From a virus, in IMG/VR virus record IMGVR_UViG_3300045988_163836: a stretch of 64,000 nt of DNA; one strand, given 5' to 3'. This document shows positions 13,801 through 27,466 of the stretch, in pieces (within the stretch, counting starts at the first letter, position 1; the number at the start of each line of letters is the position of its first letter). The position numbers and the translations under genes are program-made. A model generated the notes under the pieces. The model saw nothing but the letters and a program-made list of their open reading frames with translations, did not search any database and was not told where the DNA came from.

Positions 13801-16800
13801 AAGCAACAGAAACTATATCACCTATTTGACTTTTTAAATCTCTTAACTTGGCAGCGTCATCAGATGTAAGATCACTAATGTCTTTACCGCCCATAATATC
13901 AGCCATTTGAGCAAAACATTCTAATAATTGCTATAGCTAATCAGTAGTGAAATGAATGCCTACTTGGCCCATAGCATTAATCCATCCGCACATTTCTTCT
14001 AAAGAACCACTGATAGGAGTTATGGCAGCTAAAGCCTAAGAAGCATCTGCTGTAATTTTACCATTAACTACAAATCCATCGTTCTAAGATAAAAGATTAG
14101 TTATTTCAGTTAATTTAGATTGAGCTTCAGTATATAATGTTGAAAAATCTAATTTTCCCGCAGATTCATTTATTTTTTCGATTAAAGCACTATCTACTTG
14201 AGAAAACATATCTAAGACTTGACCAGCTAAAGCTGCTTCATCATCATTACCCCATAAAAATTTTTCTATTAATGGTTGATTCATCTAATAATCTGATTCA
14301 GAAAAATTAAATAAATCTTTTACTTTTTGTTTTAAATCAGCTTCTACTTCAGCAGTATCTTCACCTTCATCACGCAGCTCTTTATATTTTGTTTTTAATT
14401 CACTAATTTCTTTGGTAGCTTCTTTTATTTCATTATTACGTAAAGCATTATATAAATTATTAATAGCTTTTTGGGCGGCATTAGCATTATCTCCAGCCTA
14501 CTCCATTTCATAATTATACTAATTTAAAGCTTCAGTATTACCTTCAATATCTTGATTTTTAGCAGCCCAACTTACTAAACCTTGCTAGCTAGCCTCATCA
14601 CCTAAATTAAAACCTGTCATTTGATTCATTTCTTTTACTGAATTAGCATCAGTATAAGCATTAGTTCTTAATAAATCAGCATTATATGATCCATCAATAT
14701 TAGCCATATAAGCATCTATTATTCCTTGCATAATAGCAGCCTAAGTAGCTGAATCCTAACGTTTATAGAAGTCTAAATCATAATTACCACTTTCATCGGT
14801 GCCAACTAATTTTGCTATTTCTTCAGGACTGCCAAAAATATCTAAAGCCTATTGTAATAAGGATCCCCCAGAATCATCAGTTAAACCTTTTTGCATTGCC
14901 TCTAATTGAGTATATTCTTGTCCATTAAAAATATATCCACCTTGTTTTATACCGGATCCCCAAGCTTCTTGATGAGCCTCTGCAACGTTATGCTATTCTT
15001 CAGCTCTATCTACTCCAGCCTGAGTTAATGCATTCTTAGCAGCAGTATCAAAATCTTTAACTTTTACATAGGTATCCAGACCAGTCTAAACATAATAATC
15101 TTCAGGATTTAATCCAGCAGCTTTAAAACCTTCAGTGATCTTATCATATTTTTCTTGAGTGATAGAACTACCGACTTCTTGGCCCATCAAGTTAAAAATT
15201 TCAATTAACAAATCTCTAAAAGTAGTAAAATCTTCTATAGGCAATTTATTAGCAGTTTCTTGCATCATATCATAGAAGCCTTTCCAAGCTCCTTCATCAT
15301 CTGACACAACAATACCTAAATCTTCTAGGGTATCAATAAATTCTTCCCAAGTTCCAGAAGACCAATCAAAATCAGCTATTTTATTTAACTAATCAAAAGT
15401 TAAATCTTTTCCTATGGTATTAATCGCTTCAGTAAACGCGGCGACTCCATTTTTACCTGCCACTTTAAATATATCTTCTGCAATCTAAGAAATACGAGAT
15501 TTTAATGAAACACTATATCCTTCAAATTCATCAATTGCTTCTGATATATCATCTTCATCTTCAAGCCCTAATATATATTTAAATGCTTTATTATTATTTA
15601 TATCCTCAATGTTAGTAATCTAGTGAGATGCTTCTTCTACTATGGCTTCACCTAATTCTTTACCGCTGGTTACGCCTAATTCTTTCATCATATTAGACAT
15701 ATATGATTTTACGGTTTCTTGCTATTCAGGTTTTAATAAATTAAAATCTTCGCCAAATAAACTCTATCCAATTAAGTTCTGTAAATCTTCATCTTCAAAA
15801 CCTTTTTCTATATCTTTTTTTAACTATTTAAGCTAATCTTGAGTAAAATTACTTAAATCACCATCATTGCCAAAAAATTCTAAAATACCTTGGCCTACAG
15901 TTCCTTGATTGCTCATACCAGTCTAGAATTTTTGAGCCATAGCATAAGTAGTTTGAAGTTCTTTTCCCATAGCCTACATAGTAGCTATCGCAGTAGCAAC
16001 TTCTGAAAATGATTTAGTTTTTCCATTTTCTAATTGGAATGATCTATTCTAACCTTCACCAATTACAGAATTTTTCTAATCTAATTTATATTCACTATCA
16101 TTTTTATCTATTTTAATCGCTGCTAAATAAGCATCCCATAAATTACGTAAAGCTTGATCTCCTTTACCAACTCCACCAGCATTTTCATCGTGAGTTCCTA
16201 TTTCTCGGTCCTTACCAGTTCCGTCATCCCAACTAATAGTTCCATTCTCATTATAAAAACTATTTTTTATAGCTTCAATATTAGCATCTACCAAAGCAGT
16301 AGTTATTTTAGCATCTTCAGTAGACATAGTATCTAATCCAAGAGCCTATTGGACTGAAGCTTCTTTCGTAACCTATAATGTAGCATCAGTATTTGCTTGT
16401 ATTACTTTTGAGACATTAGATATAGCAGCTTGAACATCATCAGTATTAAATTTATCTGCAATTTTCTAGGCATAATCATTTAAAGTCGTACTGTTATTGA
16501 GAGTTTCAAATCCATTATTCTTTAATGCCTATTCAATAATACTAACTTGTTCTTCCTAACTTTTATTCTATAAATTTTCCTAATTATTTAAAATTAAATC
16601 TGCTATACCTGGCATTACTGAAGTATATTGTCCATTTTTTGTTAATCCTCCAGTTGTACTGCCACTCTAAATATTAAGAACACCCTAAAGATTACTTATT
16701 AAGTCCTATTTAGCTTTTTCAATATTTAAGTCTTCTAAATTGCTTTGTTCATTAGCTAAAGCATATTGCTATTGAAGAATCTATTTATCATAAATAGACT

Positions 16801-19800
16801 ATAATTTATCAACAGCACTTTGGTCTATCCAAATTTCACCAGTATCTTTCTTGCCCCAAGCACCTTCCATATTCTTTAGCTCAGGATAAGTATTTAAAAT
16901 ATTAAGAGCTTCTTCATTAGCTTTAGTTAACTATGCACGCCATTCTTTAGTACCAACAGTACATTCATCTAAAGCAGATTTAACAGAGCTATAACTATCA
17001 AATACTGATTTTAACTATTCAGCTTTATTTTTTGTTTCTTCTAACTAACTTTTAAAACTCTCAACAGCCTATTCAGAACGTTTAATTTGTTCTTCTATAG
17101 TAAAAGACTAAGCTGTATTATATACTTTAACCAATACAGCAATGGCAGCAACTACTGCTCCAATTATTAAAGCATATTTACCCAAAACAAGTAAAGATTT
17201 AGTAAACATTGCATGAGTCGCTGCACCACTAGCTGCCAATTGCTATTCAGCAGTTCCCGCAGAACCAGCAGCTACTCCCAATTCTTTAAGCTTGGCGGTA
17301 TAAGCATCAAGACCAGTTTGCATAATTTTAGCTCTAAATCCAGAGCTATTCTCTATCTTTGTCTTTAAAGCTGCCTATAAGTCAGAACCCTATAAAGACC
17401 CTCCTAAACCAGTCATTATTGATAAAATATTAGTACCTAGTCCCTTCCAATTAGTTCCAATTTCTTTTAATCCACTAGCTAACTAATTTACTCCATTGAT
17501 TAAAGAAGGAATAGCAAAACTTGCCGAAGTAATGCTCTAAGTTAATTTTTCTCCAAAATCTAATTCGCTATTATTTAAAGTATTAAACATTCCTTTTAAA
17601 CTATTGATTCCAATAGCTAATTGAGAAATACCCTAAAAACTAGAAACTAATCCTTGAGAAAAACTATATATAGATCCTTGACTAGCTTTTAATTCTGCGT
17701 TAAAAGCTTCAATAGCACTCTCATATTTTTCAACCGCTCCTTTGTTCTACAAAAGAGCCTCTTTCTCATTTACGTAATCTGTAAGACACTATCTTAAAGC
17801 ATTAGACTAAGCTTTTGTTAATTTTTCTGCTTTAATTTTCTAATTAACATAATTATCAATTTCAAGATTAACGTCTCTTAAATTATTAACTTCAGCTAAT
17901 ATATCTTTTCTAAGAGTACCTTTAGCACCATTACTTAGATTAGAATTGTTACCCTATTGAATTAACTAATTTAATTTACTATATCTTTGATTATTTAAAT
18001 CTAATTGACCAAATTGAGAAATAAAATCTTTAAAAGAACCATTTGAATTAATTTTTAAAGACTTTAAATCTTGCATTGTTTTATCATTATAAAAATTATC
18101 AACAATCTTTTGGCCTTTTTTTAAGTTATTGTCAAAATAAATTACGCCCTTATCTCCACCAAATTTTTTATTATTATCTTCAAAAATTGTATTGCGAGCA
18201 TTACGTAAATTGTTATTACTCTAAGTTTGTTGAGCTTCTATGCTTTTTTTAGATTCTATAGCTATTTGTCCATAAGCCTAAGAAATTTTTAATAATGTCT
18301 ATAATCTTAATTTATCTGTTTCATTTAACTAATTATTTGCTAGCTATAAATCATAAGAAGCCTCTGCAGCTTTAACCATTGTAGTTGTTTCTAATTCAAC
18401 TGAACCCTATTTTGTTAAATCAGGTTTTTCTTCATAAGTTGTAAAGGTCTTTAAAACATTTATCATCTACTGCTTCATAACCGCAGCCTAATTTTCAGCA
18501 GCTCCGCTGTCAATAAACAAATTGGAAGCCATACGCTGCATATTATTTACAATATCAGGACCGAAGCTTTTTAGCATTAAAGTAGAAATAACACTTAATA
18601 CACCAGGCAATCCGCCTAATGAATCAATCAATTTGCTTGTAATATTTAATGTATCACTTAATGTATCATTTAATCCGATAAAAAATTTATCACTAACTAA
18701 TTGCTTATAAATTTCTTCAAGAGAAGCTTGTACTCGCTTTTTAGAAGCTTCCCAACTTTCAGCATAAATATCAGCTTGTTCTTGTAAAGTACCTTCAGAA
18801 TTTTTAGCCACTCCAACTAGCTCTTTAAAATAATCTTTATTCTCCATAAGATTAACTAATTGAGTGTATTGACGAACACCACCAACAGTCTATGCAAGAG
18901 CCACTTGTTCAGCACGACTTAAACTATCCCACTTATTCATCATTTCATCAAGGATAGTATTCATATCTTTTAACTCACCCTATTGATCTTTAATACTAAT
19001 ACCAACTTTTTCAAGGGCTTTAGAATATTTATTTAAATCAGTACCATCTTCAAGAGTTTCTCCAAGAGTCAGACCCTAAATACGTGCAAATAAGGTTTTA
19101 AGGCTATTACCTACTGTATTCGCACTTTCACGTGTTTTGGCAGTTAATGTAGCTAATGCAGATGTAGCATATTCATAACTAAGACCAATAGTATTAGCAA
19201 CAGAAGCGAATTTCTATATACCTTCTGAAATTTCATCAGTACTAGAAGCAGTATATGCACCAAGTTTAGTCATTACATCTGCATAATATTCAAGAGATTT
19301 GCTACCATCATAGAAGTTATTCCAAACAGCAGTTAACTAATCAGATACTTTAGAAGCACTTTCGCCTGCGGCGTTAGCCATTTTAATAGTAACTTCAGTA
19401 CGATCAGCAACTTCTTTATCACTTAAACCCTATTGATAATAAATTAAAGAAGCATTAGTATAATTAGTAGTAGTTGTACTTAATGCTTGAGCAGCCTTAT
19501 TAGCTTTTTCAGCAAACTCAGCCATCTAATCATTACTCTATCCAGTAACTATACGAATATCATTTAATGATCTATTTAAATCTTCTGCATAATAGTAAGC
19601 TTTCTATAAAGAACCCTATACTCCATGCATTAAGTTAGATGAAATTTGCCATTTGGCTGTATTAGCTAATGTCTTTTTAAAATTATCTAATATAGCGTTA
19701 GTTCTTTTTAAAGGAACTTCAGCATTAATAACAGACTATGCTAATGCAACAAATGCTTTATCACCTGTTGGGCCTAGATTCTCTAAGTGTGTAGCAAAAT

Positions 19801-20095
19801 CCTAAAGAGTATAACCACTCTAGCTTAAACTCTTTGAAAATTTTGATAAATCTAAACGCCCAGTATTAACATTAGTCGCCTAATCTAAAGCAATTTTTAA
19901 CTCCTAAACTGCTGCCGAGGCTTCATCTATTTCTTTTTTAGTGGCATTAACATCAAAAAATTTAATATTTTTTGTTGCTATCTAATTCATTAAAGTATCT
20001 AATGAACTTTGTAAATCTCGTAATTGCTATTTAGCTTGACCTGTATCAGCTGTAAATCGCATATTAACATTATAATTAGCACTGTTATTAGCCAT
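10803..20095 (-). CDS. Tail tape measure protein of about 3100 aa. It is heavily TAG-recoded, with many dozens of in-frame TAGs and no internal TAA/TGA in my reading.
   Basis: ATG at about 20093-20095 after AAAGGAG. The frame is continuous to a TAA at about 10803. It is coiled-coil rich and has a poly-Gly (G8) tract encoded at about 13700-13740. Track fragments 11561..11917, 13529..13906, 14084..14284, 15086..15307, 16076..16327 and 18488..18847 are all in this frame. Its position after the chaperone-like gene and before the distal tail genes fits a tape measure protein. Confidence 0.7.
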
Positions 20096-20139
20096 AAAAT
20101 AGCTCCTTTCTCTCATTATAAATTTCTATATATATAAAG

Positions 20140-20172
20140 AAAAGGCGAGAGGAACAAAGCCTCTCGCCTTTT
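20140..20172 (-). terminator. Hairpin (attenuator/terminator) between the chaperone-like gene and the tape measure gene.
   Basis: aaaggcgagagg ... cctctcgcctttt. Confidence 0.4.
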
Positions 20173-20209
20173 AATATTCCTATTTAAATTAGAAATTAAT
20201 TATAATATT

Positions 20210-20736
20210 TTAACCCATCTTGGTTAAAATATCTTTTACTAAAGATAGACTCTCAGGATTAGAAATCTTATCTTGCAGTTCATTAACATCTAAGTTTAAA
20301 TTAGAATAATTCTGATTCATAGCATCCATAATTCCATAAATACTATTATGATATTTATAATATCCATTAAGTGTTTCATAAGTATAGACTTCTAAATCAT
20401 CAGTTTGATTACAATCTACTTGCTTCTTCAATTCTTTCATAAACCCTGATCCAACAAGTAAATCATAAAGTTTATACAAATCTTCTTTTTGCTTATCAGT
20501 AAAAGATAAATTTGTATAATTAAATACTATTGCTAAATCCATATACATATGGAAAGCAAATTCATTCAAAAATTCATTATTAAAATCAATGACTTGTTGA
20601 ATGACCAACTAAGCAATATCCATTCTTTCCTTAATAGACAAATACTGCTTTACTTCAATAGATTGCTCATTAAAACTCCATTCTTTTACCTAAGAGTTTT
20701 TTTGAAGTGTAAGCTTGGAAAATGCCAATTTTGCCA
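20210..20736 (-). CDS. Tail assembly chaperone-like protein, about 175 aa, placed directly upstream of the tape measure gene.
   Basis: ATG at 20734-20736 with RBS AGGAGG. There are two in-frame TAGs. Track ORF 20210..20608 is the C-terminal part. The assignment is by position only. Confidence 0.35.
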
Positions 20737-20815
20737 TTACCTCGCCTCCTTCTTTATTATATTTTAAAAAAATTACCTAGGTAAATTTTTTAATTTTCAT
20801 TATCTTACAAATATA

Positions 20816-20844
20816 TTATAACAAAAAAATTTTTCAAAGTCAAA
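20816..20844 (-). promoter_or_regulatory. Sigma70-like promoter upstream of the chaperone/tape-measure genes. A near-identical copy of the 37226-37254 promoter.
   Basis: The minus strand reads ttgactttgaaaaatttttttgttataat. It lies just downstream of the TAA at 20851. Confidence 0.5.
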
Positions 20845-20850
20845 AAAATT

Positions 20851-22170
20851 TTACTAATCCTCAAAAATTTTTTCAAAATTCATACTAATAGGACTATATA
20901 AAGCTTGTTCCATGGACATTCTTCTTTTATCATTTTCTAAAATACTTTTAGATCCCTATTTTTTATTAAAATATAAATTCATTTCTATATCTTTTGCCAA
21001 TTTAGCTGTTGATAAAACTTTTAAGAATCCTTCTTTTTTAGGATTATTAATAACTAAAAATTTAGTACGACCAATATCATTAATAAAATTTGCCATTACA
21101 TTCTAATAAGCATACTTAGTATCTCCAACTCTTTGCTTAGCCCCTGTTAATTCATAAATAGCTCTAATTCTAAAAAACATTTTAGGTACATCATTATGCT
21201 CGGCCATTTTAGAATGCCTTGCCATACAATTTAACATACGAGCATATCTATATAACTTATAACTTGTATCTCCATCGGCTACGGTTAAAAAAACACGATA
21301 AGGATTAGTATGGCCTAAACCTATAAAACTATTTGATAAATAGTTTTTATCACTAAAAGTAGCTAATGATAAAGCATTAACTACTCGTTCTAACATTGTT
21401 GCGGTAGCTGTTATTGAAATATTATAATTTAATCCTGTATTATCAGCTTTTATCTATTTACTCTAAATAGCACCGACTTTACCATTTTCTTTAATTTGAG
21501 TATAAATAGTAACAGCTTTTAAATTATTTTTTTGACGTTCTGTTGTAGTATTACCTGAATCTTTTTTTTCCTGCCCAATTTTATAAGCTAGCCTAGAGAA
21601 ATAATTTATGGCAGTTTTTGTTGCACTATCTATGGCTCCATCACCAGCATTAATAATTAAATTTTTCATATTAATACTATCAACTAACTGACCAGAACGA
21701 TGTGTTTGAGGTAAAGGACCATAAGGCATTTCTATATTCTAAAAAGCATAGTCAATAGTAGTAATAAATTCATTCATAAAATTTTCTAATAAAGCACCAC
21801 GTTCAGAACTATTAGCTCCTTTTTTCACCAATCCTCCATTAGTAAATAAATTAGGATTTACCATATATAACTAATTAAATAATTCGGCTAAAGCCTAATC
21901 CTAAACTATTTTTACTAAAGACTCGGTAGTGAAAGACATTTTTTTACTATAATTATTTTGTATCTATTTAATTCCATTTAAAACTTCTTCTAATAATTTA
22001 GCGTCCTGAACTTCTTTATTAGTAATCATATCATTTGGTCGAGCTGCTGCTCTATATGTTTCCAAAAGACTATTTAAATAAGTAGGAGTATTTACTTCAT
22101 TTTTATATGAAACTCCCTTTTGTTTATAATAAACTAACTAATTTTTCTAGGCATTTGTTAATTTTGCCAT
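20851..22170 (-). CDS. Hypothetical tail protein of about 439 aa (TAG-recoded).
   Basis: ATG at 22168-22170 after AAAGGAG. The frame runs through about 10 TAGs to a TAA at 20851-20853. Track fragments 21463..21729 and 21103..21396 are in this frame. Confidence 0.4.
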
Positions 22171-22198
22171 ATCTTTTTCTCTCCTTTTTCACAAAATA

Positions 22199-22232
22199 AA
22201 AAAAGGAGAGGGATTAACCCTCTCCTTTAATA
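22199..22232 (-). terminator. Rho-independent terminator after the major tail protein gene.
   Basis: The minus strand reads aaggagagggttaatccctctcctt followed by a T-run. Confidence 0.55.
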
Positions 22233-22380
22233 ATCTTTTCAATAAGTTCATCCTCTGTGAGAGGAGCTTTATTTTCTTTTTGTTGAGAAATTTTATTTTC
22301 TTTTTTCGACTTTTTAATTACGACTTTTTCTACTTCAAACGCTTTAATAGGCCGTGGAGCATTAGAGCTAATAATCATAA

Positions 22381-23466
22381 TTAAATATCAAAATAGCTGT
22401 CGTGCATCGGATCATGGATAGTTTGAGTACGATAGACACTATCATTGTCAATATCTTCAATGATCTGAATTGCAGCAAGTACTTTCTTAGTAGGATTGAA
22501 ACGAGTAGTTCCTGGGAAAGCATCAAGCGTGAAAGTGAAAGTCGCAGGATCGCCAGTCGCGGCCATGCTGAAAGTAAAGTTAGACTGAATCTTGCAGTTA
22601 GGGATTATAAATTCTGCTGGAAGATCAACGCCGTCTTGAGTACGGAATAGAGTAGAAGCTTCAAGATAGAAGTTGCCACCAAAAGATTCAGCAGTAATTT
22701 CAATTTGACGAGTCTTGCTGGCTTTCTCAATATAATAATCAAGAAGAACAACAGAGCCTTCAAAGAGTTCTAACTTATGTTCTGCCCCGGCTTCAGTTTC
22801 ATCGACGATTTTGTAAGTAGAAGTGATTTCCTTAATTTGAAGACCATAATAAATCTAAGTACCAGCTTTGGCTTTAGTATCAGCTTCTTCATCAGTGCAG
22901 GTCTTATACTTCATTTCAGTTTCATCAAAATAGAACTTTTGAGGTTTTGTTGGTGCCTCTGTCTAACGAATAACTGTAGGAAGATAAGGTTCAGTTACTG
23001 GCTCATCATTGTCAACTCGCATAGCATAAATATAGAATTCACCCTTATGCGCACCAGTAGTAGTATCAACTTGTTCATATGGTAAGTTCTTAACAAAAAT
23101 TTGTACACTCTTTTTATCTTCAGAGAGAGCGACAGCAGTTGTTTTTTCAGTTACATGCTGTTTAATCGTATTCTGCTTCGAAGCATCAATAAGACCTGCT
23201 CCAGCAAGAATCATGAAACCTTCAGCAGAAATAAGAGCATCTTCCATAGTGAATGTTAAAGTACGGTCGCCATCCCAAGCTACTAAACGAGCATTGCCGC
23301 GTCCGCCTTGTGCATATACGGTCGTAGAAGCACCTTCAAGGCTAGAAGTTTTTAATGTATCAAAATAAAGAACTGGTTCGTTCGCATAGAAAACTTTATT
23401 ACCAACCTTCATAGGAGCACGAGCTTTTAATACGACATCGCATATCTCACGAACACCAAATTTCAT
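22381..23466 (-). CDS. Major tail protein candidate, about 361 aa. It has only two in-frame TAGs and is GC-richer than its neighbours.
   Basis: ATG at 23464-23466 after AAGGAGG. Track ORFs 22963..23466 and 22381..22566 join through TAGs. A strong terminator hairpin (about 22199-22232) follows. Its position upstream of the chaperone and tape measure genes, its low TAG count and its higher GC suggest a highly expressed structural gene. Confidence 0.5.
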
Positions 23467-23540
23467 AGGTTATTTCCTCCTTAATAAAATTTAAATTTTA
23501 TTTATATAACTCGCTACAAAAATTAGTAAAGCGATTTATA

Positions 23541-24281
23541 CAAAATTAATGAATGTTTTTCATCCAATTGTCAGGTTTTTTATCTGACTTAACTCCTGCT
23601 AATCTACTCTTTACATCAGTATCCCAATTAGTGTAAAGAGAAAATCTTTCTATTAAATCGTATAACTAATACAATGTTAAATTCATACAATCTTCTAATG
23701 ACATTGAATCTAATCCAATAGTCAATGTAGAAACGTATTGGCTCAAAATGCTTGAATCGGTAACCCCTTTAAGTTCAGCGACTCTTTGACGCCCTTTCAT
23801 TAATTTATTAGCTATTTCTTGAGCTTTCTTATTAGCAGGATTATAGTTATCTTGCCCATTTTTATTAGTATCAAAACAAAAAATTTGTCTTGCTACCGAC
23901 TAAAATAATTCAAAGTTATCATCATCAAGATTAATCTAAATGTCACTCTCATTATACTAAATAACAATAGATCTAGGAGTAAATGTAGACTTTGAATTTG
24001 GGAATAGTAATGATAGAACCTATTGCGCGGCTTTACGCCGTTTAACATTATCTTTCTATAGCATTACCATCATAAATATCTAAAAATTGGTAGTAGTATC
24101 CAAATCATTCTTGTCCTGATTTGTTATACTATTTTTATTAATACAAAGACACTGAGCACCAGTAAAAAATTCTTTTTCGCCAATCAATGCTATTTCCTTT
24201 ATCTTAGGCTAATGAAGAGTCAATGGAATTTCTGGAACAGGTAAATCTGTTCCGCACATTAAACTAAGTTTATAATCCATT
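23541..24281 (-). CDS. Hypothetical head-tail joining or tail completion protein, about 246 aa (TAG-recoded).
   Basis: ATG at 24279-24281 overlaps the stop of the upstream gene. It ends at a TAA at 23541. There are about 9 in-frame TAGs. Confidence 0.35.
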
Positions 24282-24870
24282 AGTTCATTTTAGGCATTTT
24301 AAAATAATCCTCGATAAACATTTGTTCATCAGCAGGATTTGGCATATATTTTTTATCTTCTCCTCCGTGTATTGTATCATATAATAAACAAAGTCCAGCA
24401 AATTCATCAGTTAATATAATTTGCTATGCTCCGACGAAATTAAGTTGCCCAATTCCAGTTAAATGTTTTTTATCTAACATACTATCAAGTTCAGCAGCAA
24501 TTCTATAAGGTCTTAACTAAAATGAATCAGCTAACTGCCACTAATCATAATGACAAATAATATCAAATTCAATAGTATTATCTCTGAATTCAGGATTATC
24601 TCCATTAGGAGCAAAATTATCAAAACTAATAACGATATAATTTAAAACATCTTTATCTATATATAATTTTGGTAAATTCCTTATATTCTTGCCAAACATT
24701 TTTGCGAAATTCTAATCACTTACTTCTGGTTTTTTTAACGCATCAGGAGTAGTATAATAAAGTAATTTACGCAAACGTTGATTCGCGGCCATACGATCAA
24801 CTATAATTCTCATATCTTTCTCTTGGGCCAAAAATGCTGACTCTGGATTTTTTACATTATCAATTTTCAT
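24282..24870 (-). CDS. Hypothetical structural protein of about 195 aa (TAG-recoded).
   Basis: ATG at 24868-24870 after GGAGA. It ends at a TAA at 24282-24284. There are several in-frame TAGs. Confidence 0.35.
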
Positions 24871-24891
24871 TCTCCGATTTCTCCTTCATCT

Positions 24892-25887
24892 TTAAAATAA
24901 AGATTCAACTACAATGGTTTTACATTCTGGCCCATAGAATAAATCAAACTAACCACAATATGTAGTTTCCCATCGTAATTTTAAAGTCTTTGTTTCTTCA
25001 TTTACTTTAACTGTTAATGGTAATTTTTTATCCCAAGTCCATTCGCCAGAGTTAATTCCATCATATTTATATTCATATACTACTTTAGGCTTAATAAAAG
25101 TATCACCTATAATGCCATTCTCTTTACCTGAATTAGGATCTTGAACCGACTATATTAAACCATTGACAATACCATTATCAATATCATCAGCGGTTTCATT
25201 AGAATAATACTCGACAGCGTTAATTTCAATTATTCCAGGGGTAGAATACAAATCAGTAGCTTCAATACGCCAACATGTTTTATTAGGGTCATTCTATAAA
25301 TAAAATTTATTATAACGCTAACATAATTTTACATTATCATCATTATAAGGTAATAATATATTTAAAGAATGATTAGGGGTATCTATACTAATTTCATGCT
25401 TTTGAATATAATTAATTTTAGTTTCAACAGGACCACGCAAAGCAACATAAGTTTTATGATAATTTTTATTTTCATCTTCCCAGGCAATTTCATAAGAACA
25501 ACGTCTTATATTACCACGAAAATAAGCTAATTCAGTTAAATCCTGTAAATAAATTAACCAATAAGTATTTGTACCTAACCACTAAAAAATATCCCCAGTT
25601 TTAAAATTACTTTCAAAACCAATTGAAATAATTTTTTCATCATAATCCTATTTTATTTTATCGGGATTAATTAATGCACGACGTTCAATAGTATCTTTAT
25701 CATCATATAATTTTTTTACCAAAGCAGCTTGATAAGAATAAAGTAAAGCTCTACTTAATGTTTTACGTTTATCTCTTATCATTCGTTCTTGTTGTCCTGT
25801 TACTCCATCGCCATATAAATATCTTGTAAGCATATTGGCTTTTGGAATACGGTTATACATTGCATCTAAATATTCATTTTTATTCAA
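24892..25887 (-). CDS. Hypothetical structural protein of about 330 aa, probably with a TTG start (TAG-recoded).
   Basis: Track ORF 25648..25887 is its N-terminus. The frame continues through TAGs to a TAA at about 24892. The start overlaps the stop of the upstream gene. Confidence 0.35.
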
Positions 25888-26173
25888 TGTGAAGCCCCCT
25901 TAATAAAGTAATAGCTTCAAACACTGTCTTTCTATAAATAGGAAATTCAATTTCAATATTTTTTAATCCTTCTAATTTACTTAAAAGAATTAAATACTAA
26001 CTATCGTTAAAAATTTCCCCAAGACCAGTTAATTCAATAATTACAGTATTTAACTAAGATAACCAATCTTCTTCATTTTCGCGCATAGGAATTAATTTCC
26101 ATATCTAATTAGTTAATCTATTAATATTAGTATTAATTAAATCATTATCTATATTAAAATTATATTTAGTCAT
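25877..26173 (-). CDS. Small hypothetical head-tail connector-region protein of about 98 aa (TAG-recoded).
   Basis: ATG at 26171-26173 overlaps the upstream stop (ATGA-type overlap). There are three in-frame TAGs and it ends at a TAA. Confidence 0.3.
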
Positions 26174-26777
26174 CAAGGGCACTTACCTCCCTTAGAACAG
26201 ACCAGTTAGATTTAATATATCCATTATCATCAGTTTTACGACGCTTATATAATCTCTGCATATGAAAGGCCTAACGTCTTACTTCTGTTCTCAATGATAA
26301 CAATTTCTACATATGATTTGCCTATGAAGTAAATTTAAAATCTGTGCCAGAATATTTCATTCTTGTTACTTCAATAGATGCCAATTGACGTTCTACCCAA
26401 GCTTCAACCATAATCAAAGCCAAGATATTAATTTCTTCATCATCCAAATCGGCATTAAAATAGGAGGTATTTTCTTCAGAAAATATCTCCTAAAAAGCAT
26501 TATCTATATCAATGTTACTGCCAGCTACTTCTTCAGATAAATCTCCGCCTAATGGTATATCAATATTTCCGCCATCAATTTCCCCTTTTATAAAATCAGG
26601 AGCATCTTCATCAACTAAAACATAATCTAATCGTTTACGCGGAAATTCAAATCCAGGAATACTATCAACAAGTAATTGACGTAAATCTAAAAATGTATCA
26701 TGAGGAGTAAGTTCTAAATACATATCATCTGTTACTTTACCTAAAAAGCGTTCATAAATCTTATAAAAATATGTCAT
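26171..26777 (-). CDS. Hypothetical head-tail connector/adaptor-region protein of about 202 aa (TAG-recoded).
   Basis: Track ORF 26490..26777 is the N-terminus. It continues through about 7 TAGs to a TAA at 26171. Confidence 0.35.
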
Positions 26778-26799
26778 ATAAAACCCTCCTTATTTATAA

Positions 26800-27366
26800 T
26801 TAACCTTCTTTTACAACGTTATACCGAGGAGCAGTTCTACGACCAGGAGGCGTTGTGAGCTTAGTTTCGGTCTTTACTCTACGTTCAGGAGCTTTTGGAG
26901 TAATTTGTTCATCATCTGCAGCTTCAGCTTCCTTATTAGCTAAGGCTCGATCAAGGTCAAATCCAGTTTTATCCTTAAGAGCTTTACGTTTATTGTAATC
27001 ACTCATAGGAAGAGATACAGCATAACTCTTAATCATATCAATAACTCCAATAGGAGCAAAATCAAGACAGTCAAGGAATTCATCAAGAGTCCCTTCGGTA
27101 AGAAGCTTAATAACTCCAGCGTCGTCTAAATAATATTCAGGTTCTGTATGAATACCTAATTCTTCTGTAGTTTCAGTATCCACAATCTTTAAGAAGTTTT
27201 CCATCAAAGTGCGGCCTCCGCTAAGATAGGCAAGTTTCTCTAATTCCTCAAAAGGAATTTTCTTAGTTTCTCCAGGTGTAAATTCTCTGCGGATACCTTC
27301 TTCAGGAATGGTATAAACAACCATTCCAGCACTTCTATTAGTAACTATTAAAATTTTTTTACTCAT
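26800..27366 (-). CDS. Hypothetical head-module protein of about 188 aa, free of TAG.
   Basis: Track ORF 26800..27423. The preferred start is the ATG at 27364-27366, which follows AAAGGAG. It is downstream of the capsid gene. Confidence 0.45.
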   Translation of the reverse strand: MSKKILIVTNRSAGMVVYTIPEEGIRREFTPGETKKIPFEELEKLAYLSGGRTLMENFLKIVDTETTEELGIHTEPEYYLDDAGVIKLLTEGTLDEFLDCLDFAPIGVIDMIKSYAVSLPMSDYNKRKALKDKTGFDLDRALANKEAEAADDEQITPKAPERRVKTETKLTTPPGRRTAPRYNVVKEG

Positions 27367-27394
27367 TTTTTTTATTCTCCTTTTACTCATAAAA

Positions 27395-27430
27395 CAAAAT
27401 AGGGGAGAAGGGGATTTCCCCATTCTCCCC
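27395..27430 (-). terminator. Rho-independent terminator after the capsid gene.
   Basis: The minus strand reads aggggagaatggggaaatccccttctcccct followed by a T-run. Confidence 0.55.
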
Positions 27431-27466
27431 TAAAAATATTATATATTAATTTTTAGTTAATATCAA

